Shown here: piece by piece, positions 30,761-42,444 of the stretch | Numbering within the stretch: position 1 is the stretch's first letter | Layout: each line of letters starts with the position of its first letter | From: a virus | Strand: one strand, 5' to 3' | IMG/VR virus record: IMGVR_UViG_3300012931_000015 | Location: 64,001 to 128,000 of that record | DNA length: 64,000 bases | The notes under the pieces: generated by a model | Seen by the model: the letters and a program-made list of their open reading frames with translations, nothing else | What the model was told of the DNA's origin: nothing | Databases searched by the model: none | Made by a program: the position numbers and the translations under genes

Positions 30761-32134
30761 TTATTCCTCAATAGTCTGGTCATCTTCAATATTTGTTATT
30801 CCTGTGTCTAATTCTTTTGTTTCGTGCTCTAAAAATTTTGTGGATTTTAATTTATAAGCTTCGATACCACTTTTTTCAATTCTTAACACAATACCTTCTC
30901 TTGGCACAACACAAGAAATATTCATTAGTTCGTTACCCTCAAGATAATCTTTTTTTAGTTTTTCAAGTAAATTTTCAGAAAATTCTTTACTAGAGTCATA
31001 TTCTTCACTATACCCCTGTTCAATCCAATCAAAAACTTTATAGGCAAACCCATAATATAATAATGGTACTGCCTTTATTCCATTTTCTTTGCACCAGTCC
31101 TGTACCTGTTTCATTGAGTATTCAAATACTTTACCATCAATATTTGTAAAAGTTATCCGATAAACATATATTTCAAATTGCCCCTGATTACAACCATAAT
31201 CATATCCTTTCTGAATATAACTGTTGTCCCCTAGATAACCAACTATTTCATAATAAATTGTCATGTTATTCTGCAATATTGGTAATAACCTGTCGTGAGC
31301 TCTTTTCCAAATATCTTCACTATAAAAGTCTGTAGGTTTCTTTGGGGTTTTATCATTATAAACAAACTGATTTTTTATAACACGGCGGGAAGCATACAAG
31401 TCTCTGTATTCTTTATCAACAATATTAACCCCAACTCTTTTTAGAATTTTCTCAAGAATGTTTAGTTTTTTGTTACATAAAATTTTACTTGATATAGAAC
31501 TTGTCCCGTGCATTTTTAAAGTTAAGGAAATTAAATCTTTTCCATTAGAATCAAGTTTATGTAAATTTCTTCCTAATTGTGAAGTATCTTCATGAAAATG
31601 AAATTGATTTTCAATAAGTAAATTAAATCTATTAAGATATTCTTTTCGTTTCTGCCCTGATCTCGATGTTGAATCATTTCTAACTACAACATATTTTTCA
31701 CATATTTTTATTCCGTTTAATTCATCAAACTCTGTACCTTCTATAAATCTATTATTATCAACATCTTCATATATTGCTGGAGAAGGAATATTTTTAAGAC
31801 TTTCAATAGGTATCCAAAACCCTTCTGATTTATTTTGTCGAAACTTAGCACACCTTATTCTTCCATTTTCTTCAAAGTAGCCTTTCTTTTCTTTATCAAC
31901 ATTTAGTTCCGGTTTTCTATAAAGATTATTATATGATAAAAATTCAGGTGATAGCTTTGTTTCAACAGGAAAAAATAACCCTAAATCACCAATTTTAACA
32001 TCTTTACTAACGATTACTAAATTACCAAAAATTGAGGTATGAACTACATTATCACAATTTGATAATGGGATAATATTTTTAATACTTACTACCACAGCGC
32101 AGTAATTTTTGTTTACGGGGTCTTTAATTCTCAT
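30761..32134 (-). CDS. ATP-dependent RNA ligase (Rnl2/DRB0094-like, N-terminal OB-fold)
   Basis: LKMHGTS adenylation motif, YYEIVG, REGIVL, YKLKS. Confidence 0.85.
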   Translation of the reverse strand: MRIKDPVNKNYCAVVVSIKNIIPLSNCDNVVHTSIFGNLVIVSKDVKIGDLGLFFPVETKLSPEFLSYNNLYRKPELNVDKEKKGYFEENGRIRCAKFRQNKSEGFWIPIESLKNIPSPAIYEDVDNNRFIEGTEFDELNGIKICEKYVVVRNDSTSRSGQKRKEYLNRFNLLIENQFHFHEDTSQLGRNLHKLDSNGKDLISLTLKMHGTSSISSKILCNKKLNILEKILKRVGVNIVDKEYRDLYASRRVIKNQFVYNDKTPKKPTDFYSEDIWKRAHDRLLPILQNNMTIYYEIVGYLGDNSYIQKGYDYGCNQGQFEIYVYRITFTNIDGKVFEYSMKQVQDWCKENGIKAVPLLYYGFAYKVFDWIEQGYSEEYDSSKEFSENLLEKLKKDYLEGNELMNISCVVPREGIVLRIEKSGIEAYKLKSTKFLEHETKELDTGITNIEDDQTIEE

Positions 32135-32154
32135 TTTATTTCCTTATTATTTTA

Positions 32155-33066
32155 TTAAAATTTATTCTTGCAATAGACATCTTGATTTACATTAAAAGTA
32201 AACAATCCTAAGCTCTGCCACATATCAAGAACTTTAGGACGATCATCAATTACAAATAATACATTGTATTTGTCTTTTATTTCATTTTCATATATTTCTT
32301 TTTTTATTATGTTGTCCGGTCTGTTGTCATCAGCTTTTCTCATTAATAGTTTGTCAAACGGAATGTTGTTTTTATCTAACCATCTGATAGTTTGTTCTTT
32401 ACAGGAATCTTTTCTACCTGACAATAGAATTTTTGTAACTTCCCTATCATTTTTAATATTGTTAAGTATAAATTTAACAGGATAAATAACTTGATCTTCT
32501 ATAACTTTTGTTTCATCAAATTGCTGTCTTGACACATTTTTTGCAAGTGTGCCATCTAGGTCAATTATAGCACAATCTGGTAAATAAACATTATATTTAA
32601 TTTTTGGTTTTGAATCTTCTACCATTCTTCTTAGTTCAATCTCGTATTTTCTCCAAGTATTTTTTAATACATTCTCCCCGATAGAAAATTCTCTATTTTT
32701 ATCTCGTTCAATAGCTTCACCAAGCGTAATCGGAAATTCTTTTATTTCAATATCAATAATAACCGAACTTAAAGCTTCTTTTATTTTTCTAATATCTTCA
32801 TTAAGGGTTGTGTTATTTAAATTCATTTTGTCAACAATAACATTATAATTGTTTTTTAAAAGAGTTATTATTGCTTGGTATTCTAATTCGGTAACAAGTT
32901 TTTCTGTTTCTTTAGAAAAGGAATAGTTATCAAGCATGTGTCTAAAAGCATCACGATTTACAATTCTGTAATCTTTATTGGTTTTTACAAATTCTTTAGC
33001 ATAAAAACTTTTTCCGCTTGCCTGCATGCCACGCAAATATATTATTTTCATATTTAATCCTTTCAT
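32155..33066 (-). CDS. pseT: Polynucleotide 5'-kinase/3'-phosphatase
   Basis: GMQASGKS P-loop, NRD, DLDGTLA HAD motif, SGR, IDDR. Confidence 0.92.
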   Translation of the reverse strand: MKGLNMKIIYLRGMQASGKSFYAKEFVKTNKDYRIVNRDAFRHMLDNYSFSKETEKLVTELEYQAIITLLKNNYNVIVDKMNLNNTTLNEDIRKIKEALSSVIIDIEIKEFPITLGEAIERDKNREFSIGENVLKNTWRKYEIELRRMVEDSKPKIKYNVYLPDCAIIDLDGTLAKNVSRQQFDETKVIEDQVIYPVKFILNNIKNDREVTKILLSGRKDSCKEQTIRWLDKNNIPFDKLLMRKADDNRPDNIIKKEIYENEIKDKYNVLFVIDDRPKVLDMWQSLGLFTFNVNQDVYCKNKF

Positions 33067-33071
33067 TAACT

Positions 33072-33100
33072 ATTATATGTATTTATTTTAATTAAATCAA
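33072..33100 (-). promoter_or_regulatory. sigma70-type promoter for pseT and the RNA ligase
   Basis: TTGATT-17 nt-TATAAT. Confidence 0.65.
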
Positions 33101-33572
33101 GTATTTTTTGAAGGGTAGTTAATAATTTACATTTTTTTTACAGTTATAGTCTAAAAGTTTTATCTTGAAGTATAATAAAAGTGCATATAAAAGTTCCTCC
33201 AATACATAAAGCAGACAATAATCTTAAACCTATATCTTGACCAGCAATAGAAAACAAAAACTCATGTCCTGATGTAAAACCTGCAAAAGTAAAATAGCAA
33301 AGCAGAAACATAAAGAATGAAGCTAATAAGCTAAGTCCAATTCTGATAAATAGTTCTGTAATTTTCATAATTTTTTCTCCTTCAAATACAATAAAATACT
33401 ATTGTTAAATTTTTCTAAATTAACTAATGTAATTTTTGAAATAACGAATAGCATAATAAAAGGTATACCTACTATAGACACTACAAAAAATATTAAGGTT
33501 TCTAATATTCTACCGAGTATGGTTTTTAAAAAGTACATCTCTTTATTATTTATAGGCATATTTTGCTCCTTT

Positions 33573-34427
33573 CTACAATTTAACCGGAATATTAAAATAA
33601 TTTGATACTTCTACTAGATCAACTTTACCCAGATATAATAACTCACAAAACTTTGGATGAAGCTTTAGATTATTTCTATTCAAACCTTCTATTTGTCTTA
33701 CTAAGAAGTCAATATTTTTAGTTATGCTTTCTAATTGTTGCGGATGAGCTTCCCATTTTTCCCTAAGATTTTTCCTAATGAAATTCATGTGCATCATTTG
33801 TATTTGATTATGAGGAAACAGATAAGGTATTGCATCCGTATTATTATATCCTCGACTTTTGTCAACACTACAAGTTTTACCATCAACCATTTTAGTACAA
33901 TACTCATGACCACCTTTCACTTCAAAGTTATCTGTTATTTTACAAATGAAAGGGCTGTATCTTGGTTGCTTAGGGTTTCTTACACCCTGTATGGTTGCCC
34001 ATTTATAGAAGTTTACATATTCACAAATTGAATAACTTATATTGTGATCCATGATATATTTTTTAGCTTTTAAGAATTCATCCGGTTTGAAGGTCTCATC
34101 ACAATCTAAATCCAAAAAATGTGTGCAACCGGCTTCTTTACATAACAACTTACCTTGATTTCGTTTTTGAGCTTCTATTTGACTGGCTTCAAGTTCGGTC
34201 TTAGCATAATTAGTTATCTCAAAACAATTTATTTTATCAACTATTTTTTGTCTTAAAAGATCGTTGATTAAGTTGAGGTCATCTTGTTTTATTTGCTTTG
34301 TACCATAATAATTTACTTTCTGGTAATTTATGAGAATGAAATCAACAAAAGGTCTGATTGGTTTTATCATATATGGTAATAGTTCTACACCATTACTGAA
34401 GACATTGTAACTAACACCCAATTTCAT
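33573..34427 (-). CDS. GT-A fold (GT2-like) glycosyltransferase
   Basis: HFLDLDCDETF, PFICKI, MMHMNFIRK; paralog of 39427..40254. Confidence 0.75.
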   Translation of the reverse strand: MKLGVSYNVFSNGVELLPYMIKPIRPFVDFILINYQKVNYYGTKQIKQDDLNLINDLLRQKIVDKINCFEITNYAKTELEASQIEAQKRNQGKLLCKEAGCTHFLDLDCDETFKPDEFLKAKKYIMDHNISYSICEYVNFYKWATIQGVRNPKQPRYSPFICKITDNFEVKGGHEYCTKMVDGKTCSVDKSRGYNNTDAIPYLFPHNQIQMMHMNFIRKNLREKWEAHPQQLESITKNIDFLVRQIEGLNRNNLKLHPKFCELLYLGKVDLVEVSNYFNIPVKL

Positions 34428-36022
34428 AATTTTCCTTTATAGCTTTATTTTATATTCTTGACTTTTAATGAACAATCACCCATATTCTGTTCCTAGCTAC
34501 ATTTACCTGAATAATACATACTTATTCCTTAATAATGTTTATAAATTATATATAGACCTAATGCCAATACCATACACATTCCCAATAGTTCCCAATTCAT
34601 TTTATTTTTTTCCTTTCTTTTCCATTTCATCGTAAAAGAAATAACCATTCATATTTAAATTTTTAAACTCTACTTCAAAAACTAATATACTATTATCAAT
34701 CCAATACCAATGTTTGAATATATCAACAATAATACCTGTTTCTTTCATAAAATTATTATATCTATCATAAGCCTCTTCAATACTTAAATTTATTCCTTCT
34801 TTATTTCTATCCATTCCGGCTTGATAACGCATTAGGCATTCATTATAAATATCAAATTCATCACTGGTTTTTATTTTTACTTCATCTCCAATTTTAAAAC
34901 TATTTTGTAAATCTATATATTTCTGATCCATCTAATTATCCTTTGTTGTTTCATTTTCAATCTTTTTAAAATATTCGTTTATTAAAACATTAATCTGCTC
35001 TAATGTCAAATTGTTTTTATTTCTATTTAAAAATTCATCAAACAGAGTATAACTAAAATAATCATTTATAAGCTTTATAGAAAAAACCCATTTATAAACT
35101 GCGTGTTTGTTATAAATGCAAAAGTTATGAAGAAAAGGGAACTTCTTTAAGATAGTTGAAATATTTGCTTTGGTGCTGATGTAATTATTAATCATAAATT
35201 TTTATTTCCTATTCTATCAAATTTATTTTCTAAAAATGTGTCTATTACAAAAATCATTATAAAAACAAACAAGGCAGAATAGAGCGCAGGTATTTGACCA
35301 TATTTTTCTAATAAAGTATAACAAAATATTGATAAAAATAACATTAAAACTATACTTAATATTCTTATAAATTTAAACACCTTTTAACTCCTTAGAAAGA
35401 AAGGTAATACTATACCTAAAAATTTATGACATATATTTTTTAATCTTACAATATAGTATCTCAAATTTTTCTTTTTAGATTTATTACAATAGTCTTTGCC
35501 TTTATGAGTATAAACGAACACTTCGGTAAAAATCCAGTAATCGTAGTTATTTTTAAATGGCTTATAAAAAGTTTTAGTTAAAAATTCACAATGTTTACAT
35601 TTTTCCATTTTAGTTGCCTTTTAATTTCGTTAGTTTTTCCACAGTAGTTAGTTCATACTTGGCTTTTGGTCTTTGTCTATTCAATTCACTTATTTTGTCA
35701 TCAATCATTATATCTTTTTTAAAGTCTTCACAACCACATTCATAATATTGTTCAAACTCTTCATAGCTTCTATCAATTTCTTTTCCACAATATAAACAAT
35801 AAACTTTACCATTCAGTCTTGTGTATCTTTTCATAACAATTTATCCTTTTTTATTCTCAAATAAAATTTTTGACTTATAAATGTTTGGAGCAAAAGGTTT
35901 TCTATGTTCTATTACATCAATAATTTCATAATCCATTTTATTTGTTTTTTCTGTAATAACTTCTAACCAGTATTCTTCAAATTCCTTCCAGTAAATCATT
36001 TTGCAATCCTTTATGTTTTATT

Positions 36023-36328
36023 TTAACCATCACTAAATAACCATTTTGGTTTATCATCAATAACCAAGTCCGGTATTATATTATAATTATCTTTTAAAAA
36101 TGGTAACTTAGCTTGTCTATTTGTATAATAAACAGGTATTCTTGTAGCAATATATTTTAAACCATCATCTGCTTCCTGCTCATATCTCATAGTAGCAAGT
36201 ATTACTTTATAGTTAAAATTTACTTGATTATTTATTATAATATTCATAAGTTCAGGGAATTCAGTATAAGTGCCGTCATAGTCTAATAAAATTGTTCTCA
36301 TAATATTTGTTACCTTTTTAACACTCAA
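36023..36328 (-). CDS. Minimal capless HAD-like hydrolase
   Basis: LLDYDGTY, ATMR, AK, VIDDKP. Confidence 0.7.
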   Translation of the reverse strand: MSVKKVTNIMRTILLDYDGTYTEFPELMNIIINNQVNFNYKVILATMRYEQEADDGLKYIATRIPVYYTNRQAKLPFLKDNYNIIPDLVIDDKPKWLFSDG

Positions 36329-37367
36329 AATAAAATTTTAAAAAATGTTTATCAGTAATAGGTACAAAAATATACCCCGAAAAATCATCACCCGTATATC
36401 CACAACTCTGATCTACATAGACACCTTTAAACCAATAAGGCTCTGTCTGGTATTCTCCAAACACCTTTCTTTTTCTTACAATACCTTCTATGCTGCAACC
36501 ACCGGATTCTTCTAAATATTCAAGAAGTTTATTATATCTGTATTTAGTCAAATGTTTTTTAATAACCGATAAATAACAATCATTTTCATCTGCTTTCTCG
36601 TGTTCTAAATCCATTAATAATCTATTGTAGTTATCAAATACTTCGTGTTCTTCAGCTTCGTTCATACTACTTATTATCCTTTAAATATTTTTTCAATTGG
36701 TTTCCACATTATAATTTGTTCCCATGTATTAATTCTTTTTGACCACGATTCTCCATCAAAAGCAGAAACATCATAAAGAAATATTCCATCTTCTTTATTT
36801 TTATTTTTTACTGCAACTAAAACAAGTTCATCTATATATCCATTATTTAAAGATGGTAAACTATCATTAATATTTATCCATGATTTATTCTGTGTTTGTT
36901 GTGCGAGTTCAAGTTTGGGAATAATCCAATCATATACATCTTTTTGACCAGCTCTAATAAGATTAGAATATATCTGATCTGGCTTCTTAGGAGAATCATA
37001 ATATTTTTGATTATTTTTTTGCTCTTTAATATCTTCAATTATTTTTTCTATTGTCATACTATTTACCCATTAAATAAACCATAATTCTTCCAAGTATTTT
37101 TTAATTTTACTAAATGATAATCACAATATAAACCATTAAGATTTAATATCTCGCAATTCTTTACTTCATTATCATTAAGTTCTTTTTTGCAATCTATACA
37201 ATATGCCATACTATTTACCTGCTTTTTCTTTATATTTAAAATAGTCTTTTAAAACTTTTTCAGCACACCCATAATATCCCATCCATTCAGTTCTTCCGGT
37301 ATCTTCACACCAAGTAATAAAAGCTTTTATATTTTTATATTCATCTGTGTACATCTTTTATTTCCTT

Positions 37368-37613
37368 TTATATTTTAACCGTTTCAAATTTATAAATATT
37401 TTCAGGTGTCCAGAATGAATGATAAAGAGGTTTATGATCCGGTAAAGGAAAACTTTCTTTACATTCAATTTCTAATATTATATTTCTACCTGTTTTCTTA
37501 TTCCAATTAATAGCTGATTGTAAATACTTCCAACCTCTAACCGGACTTATTATAAAACCTGTTTGTTTATATCTTAATAGTTTTTTATTGGTCGTGCAAT
37601 GATATAATTTCAT
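37368..37613 (-). CDS. Small protein, possible ADP-ribosyltransferase/Tpt1-like fold
   Basis: LYHCTT...GFI...IILEI pattern. Confidence 0.35.
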   Translation of the reverse strand: MKLYHCTTNKKLLRYKQTGFIISPVRGWKYLQSAINWNKKTGRNIILEIECKESFPLPDHKPLYHSFWTPENIYKFETVKI

Positions 37614-38362
37614 ATTATTTTTGTAACTTTGTCTTTGTCTTTTTCTTCTACTTCTGAATTATTATTAACATAATTAAGAGCTTCTTTTATAAAACTTACC
37701 ATAGCATCACATTCTTTTTTTGTTTCATAATCATAAACAAAAATTTTATTATCATATTGTTCTTCTACCCCCCTCATATAAAAACAATTCGAGGATAAAT
37801 ATGAAAATGATATTGATATTAACTTAAAACCGTCTTTTTCAAAGATACAATCTTTATCTCTTAAATTTTCATCCTGTTCTAAAATCTTGCCAAACAACAC
37901 ATTTTCATAGCGATACAATTCAATTTTTAATTTTTCTTTTGACATATTATTTCTCCTTTTTATTTTGGTTATTACCAATGATCCTTCACGTAACTTTCAA
38001 AATCTTCTATAAGACTATCATTATGAAAAGGGTCAATATTACTTCCTCTTATATGATTAGCTAAATCAGGATTCATATCATATAAAGTATTAAAATATGT
38101 TTGTCCTAATCTCCATTTAGGATTAGCCATGAAATTATATGATACTCTTTCTTTGTATTCTTCGATAATATTCATATTTATTTTTACCTCTACTTTTAAA
38201 ATGGATTAAAATTTAAATCAGTATAATACTTGCTATGATCTATTCTATTATCTATACCTTTTCTTATTTTTAATATTTCAAATATATTTTTGTTATTCAT
38301 ATTTATTGTTTTACAAATGTGTTTGTCTTTTAGAAATTTTATAAAAAGCTTTTTATCATCGT

Positions 38363-38776
38363 TCATAATAATTTTAAATGTCCTGTTATTTCATTAACAT
38401 TTTCATTCCAGCCTAAAATAGCACCACAGGTAATAGTTTTAACTCCATGAAATTCTGTTAAACCATTATCTTCAATAAGTGATGTATAAAGAAAATTTGC
38501 TTTTGCTCTATTTATTAAGTGTATGAGTTCCTGCTCTGAATCAACCTGTAAACATATTTTAGTAAATATTCCATTTAACCAATCATCCATTAAACTTCTC
38601 GAACCTTTAGTTATAATTATAGAATATTCTTTTTCTTTTTCCGTATTTATTCTTCCATCTGCCATTAAATCAAGAATTAATTTTAGAGAAGCATGACTCC
38701 CCATAGCCACCATTTTGCCTTTTCTCATATTGAGATCAGTTCTCATAAGAATTACCATTTTTGATTTACTTTCCAT
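38363..38776 (-). CDS. pth2: Peptidyl-tRNA hydrolase, Pth2 type
   Basis: KMVILMRTDLNMRKGKMVAMGSHAS, KICLQV, IEDNGLTEF, TGHLKLL. Confidence 0.93.
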   Translation of the reverse strand: MESKSKMVILMRTDLNMRKGKMVAMGSHASLKLILDLMADGRINTEKEKEYSIIITKGSRSLMDDWLNGIFTKICLQVDSEQELIHLINRAKANFLYTSLIEDNGLTEFHGVKTITCGAILGWNENVNEITGHLKLL

Positions 38777-39426
38777 TAGTCTAATCCTTTAAAAAATATA
38801 TGTTTTATCATCTTCAATTAATTCACCATTATCTAATTTGGTAATATTAAAAACATCTTTTAGGGTTTTTCCTTTCATTTGTGCATAACTTATACTACCT
38901 CGTTTTATATCTTTTTCTATATCCATATGAGCTTTGTTTATATTTTCTAATATTGAATTTGCGTGCACTTCATATTCTTGTTCGTTTAACATTTTTACCA
39001 GCTTCTATGTTTTTCATGAATAGTTTCAATTCCATCATATTCATCTATTACCCATTCTATATTATCTGGTATTTCAACTATTTCTAAATCAGCATATTTT
39101 GAATTTGCTTCTCCCCCTAATTCTTCAACAACTTTCACTAAAATAGGGTTTGATCTATTTTCATAACTATTAGCCCAAGTATCCCAATATCTGCCCAACA
39201 AAGAATAAGTTTTACTGCTTTCATTCAAATTATTGTCAAAAATTACTTTTTCATCATACAACGGATTTCTAATAACCAATCCGTTTTTATCTCTCTGTTC
39301 TTCTTCATATTTTATAACAGGTATTCCATATTCTATAAGCTTTTCATAAGCTTTTTCACTTAACCCAAAACCACCAAAACATTTATTCACTACTACCTTC
39401 ATTATCTTTCTCCTTTTTTTCTATTC

Positions 39427-40254
39427 TTACCAGCCATTATAATCAATATTAAATAAATTGTCAACAATTTTTACATTCACAACATGATTTATACCTGGTA
39501 CAGGTACATGAAATAATTTAAGATTTTTATCACATATAGCGTTTATATTACCCGTTATATTTATTATGCTATCATGGCTTCTATCCAAAACCGTTTGACT
39601 TGTACTTCGATACTTCAACTGCAAATCTCGTCTAACTGTTGTCATGTGGTGCATCAATAAATCTTCCGGCTTGAATATCCAATGCGGATTATGTCTATCA
39701 ATATTATATCCTCTAGTTGGATCAATAAAAACATTTTTTAAGCTATTTGTTCCAAGCTTCTTTTTCGGGTCAAGCTTACAAATGAAGGGAATATGTATTC
39801 TCGATACTTGAGTATTTTGATAGATAGGTAATTTGTGATATTCAATAAGTCTACAATAACTATATTGATATTTAGTTTCTTCAATAAAGTTTTTTGCTTT
39901 TATGAATTGATCTGTTTCAAATAGCTCATCCACATCAAGCATTAAAAAATGGTCATAGCCTCTATTATAGCAATGAGTTCTTAAATAGTTTCGTTTTTCT
40001 ATTTCGGTGTTTTTTGCTTCTCTGGAATTGTTAGCAAATAGTTTGATTGGAAAACATAGAAGTTCATCAATTAGTTTTTGTTTTTTTAAATCTTTTAGTA
40101 TATCGAGATCGTAAGGGCTTATTTTTGATTTTCCCCACCAATCCTGCTCGGAGTAACTGACAACTATCCAGTCAACATTTTCTCGTATTTGTTTTATTGA
40201 ATAGGGTAATAATTCACAACCACTAAAAACGCTATAAGCTACTGCTAATTTCAT
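39427..40254 (-). CDS. GT-A fold (GT2-like) glycosyltransferase
   Basis: HFLMLDVDELF, PFICKL, LMHHMTTVRRD. Confidence 0.75.
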   Translation of the reverse strand: MKLAVAYSVFSGCELLPYSIKQIRENVDWIVVSYSEQDWWGKSKISPYDLDILKDLKKQKLIDELLCFPIKLFANNSREAKNTEIEKRNYLRTHCYNRGYDHFLMLDVDELFETDQFIKAKNFIEETKYQYSYCRLIEYHKLPIYQNTQVSRIHIPFICKLDPKKKLGTNSLKNVFIDPTRGYNIDRHNPHWIFKPEDLLMHHMTTVRRDLQLKYRSTSQTVLDRSHDSIINITGNINAICDKNLKLFHVPVPGINHVVNVKIVDNLFNIDYNGW

Positions 40255-41871
40255 TTAGTTTTTACAAATTCATCAATTAAGCTATTAACCATTAATGTTA
40301 GTTTACTTCTAAAAACCTGATCTTGTTTCATTTGATTTAAAAGTTTGTCAACATTTCCATCAATGCCAGTTATTACTGTTCTAGCAATTTTATTTAATAA
40401 TGCTTCTTTAACATTTTCCCTAAACTCTATTGATGCTATTTCACTGCTTACTATATTATCAAAAACTGATTCTATTTCTTTTTGATATTTTGTTATTATA
40501 TTTTCTGCATATTTTTTCAAAGGAGAATTATAATCAACCAAAACTTTTTTTAAAGCGTCTCTTATAGAATCATTAACAGCATAAAGTACATCTTTTTCTA
40601 AAGTGATAGGTAATTCTTTTTTATCCACTTTAAGAATAATATCTTCTACTTGTTTTTTTACTTCTGCTTTAAAAAATTCATTTTCTCGTCTAATGTCTGT
40701 CATTAATTGCTGTATTTCTTTTAATGTTTGATTTTCTTTTTCTGTCATTCTAATTCTCCTTTTTATCTACCCATACTATAACTTCATTACAATCAGGACA
40801 ATTAGAATCTCCAATATCTATACCTCGTTTTCCTTGACATTTTGGACAAACAACAACATCAAGAAAGGGTATTAATCCTTTTTTATTTATTTCTATCATT
40901 CTATTTGTTTCTCCTTTTGCTTCTAATATATACTACAACTAAAATAACTTTTATTAAAATTGAAATTAAATATTTTTTCATACTATGAATTAAAAATTAT
41001 CAAAACAACTGCTGTTACCACAACTAGAGCAATAAGTATTACTCCGGCATGATCTTCTAATTTTCCTATAAACTTTAATGTTTTTAGTTTCATACTATTT
41101 TCCTTTTCACTCTAAACAATCTTCTGCTTTTATACCGAGTTTACTCTCCCATTTATCTACTATACTTTTTTTGTGAGTTATTGTTTGTTGATCTGCATAA
41201 CTCTTTTTGCTCTTCGGAACAATTATTAAACATAAAATCACAACCTTTGCACATATTTTCTGCTTCCATAACTATTTCCTTTCCCACACATTCAGATTTT
41301 TCATCACAGCTTTTACAAATACTACCTGTTAAATTTGCATCTACAAATACTTCCCATCCTGAATCATTGTTACTATTAATTGGTATACCACATCTTACAC
41401 AAAATTTAGTATTTAATGATTGAAATGGTTTTCCTTCTACTCCTAAAGTAAAATTATCCATTTCTTCTTCACATTGTTTAACATGTAACTCTTCAAATCC
41501 TATTTTTATATTTTTTCCACATGTTTTGCATTTACTACAACAAGGTGTAATATGAGTATATCTAATATTCATTCTTCCTGTTTCATCATGGCAATTACAA
41601 GTACATTCATAGAAATCCATTATATTACCCCCCTTTTAATAATTAAATATATATTATTTATTCTATTTTTTCAATATTTTTAATTATGTAATTAAATAAT
41701 TTTTTATTCATTTTGTGCCAATCACTATCACATAATAAATCATTAAATCGTAATGTATTCATCGCATCCTTACACTTATTAATATTATTTTTTCCCTTAT
41801 ATTTAAAACCTTGTTCTTCTAACTGAACAACTAAAGATTTTGATATTACACCAAAAGATAAATTAATAGTA

Positions 41872-42444
41872 TCACTCATAATGTGTATCCTTTTTCTTCC
41901 TCTCTAATACATTTATATATCTATTATCTTCATAATTATACATTTTTAATTTATATGTTTCAATCAAACTATAAAGCTGTTTTTTAAAATTACCAATTAT
42001 AACTTTTCCACTATAAATACAATTATTTTCATTCATTATAGAATCAAAACCAACCAAGTATATTTTTTCATACCCCCGATTCAAAGCTAAATTGATAAGC
42101 TCATTTCCAGTGCTAAATCCTAGATAAGTTGTAAGAGGTATTATTTCGTTAGAGGGAATTTTATATCGTTCAATAAAGTTTGAGGGGCAAGTTATGTCAA
42201 AGTGAATATTATTAAGTTGTCGATATTCACTAGCTTTTAATACTGCTCCATAATGAACAGAAGCCATCAATGATATTATACAACCAATATTTTTTTCTTG
42301 AAAACTATAATTACAAGCCCAGACAGGAATATTTTGATTATATATTTGATTTATAAATTGTTGAATATCAGGCTTTAATCGACTTGATCCATTACCTATT
42401 ATCAATACTGATTTTGTATCTTTTTCATCATTCATATCTTTCAC
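41872..42444 (-). CDS. Maf/MptE-like or sialyltransferase-fold transferase
   Basis: IIGNGSS, WACN, STG...ALNRGYEKIYLVGFD. Confidence 0.6.
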   Translation of the reverse strand: MKDMNDEKDTKSVLIIGNGSSRLKPDIQQFINQIYNQNIPVWACNYSFQEKNIGCIISLMASVHYGAVLKASEYRQLNNIHFDITCPSNFIERYKIPSNEIIPLTTYLGFSTGNELINLALNRGYEKIYLVGFDSIMNENNCIYSGKVIIGNFKKQLYSLIETYKLKMYNYEDNRYINVLERKKKDTHYE

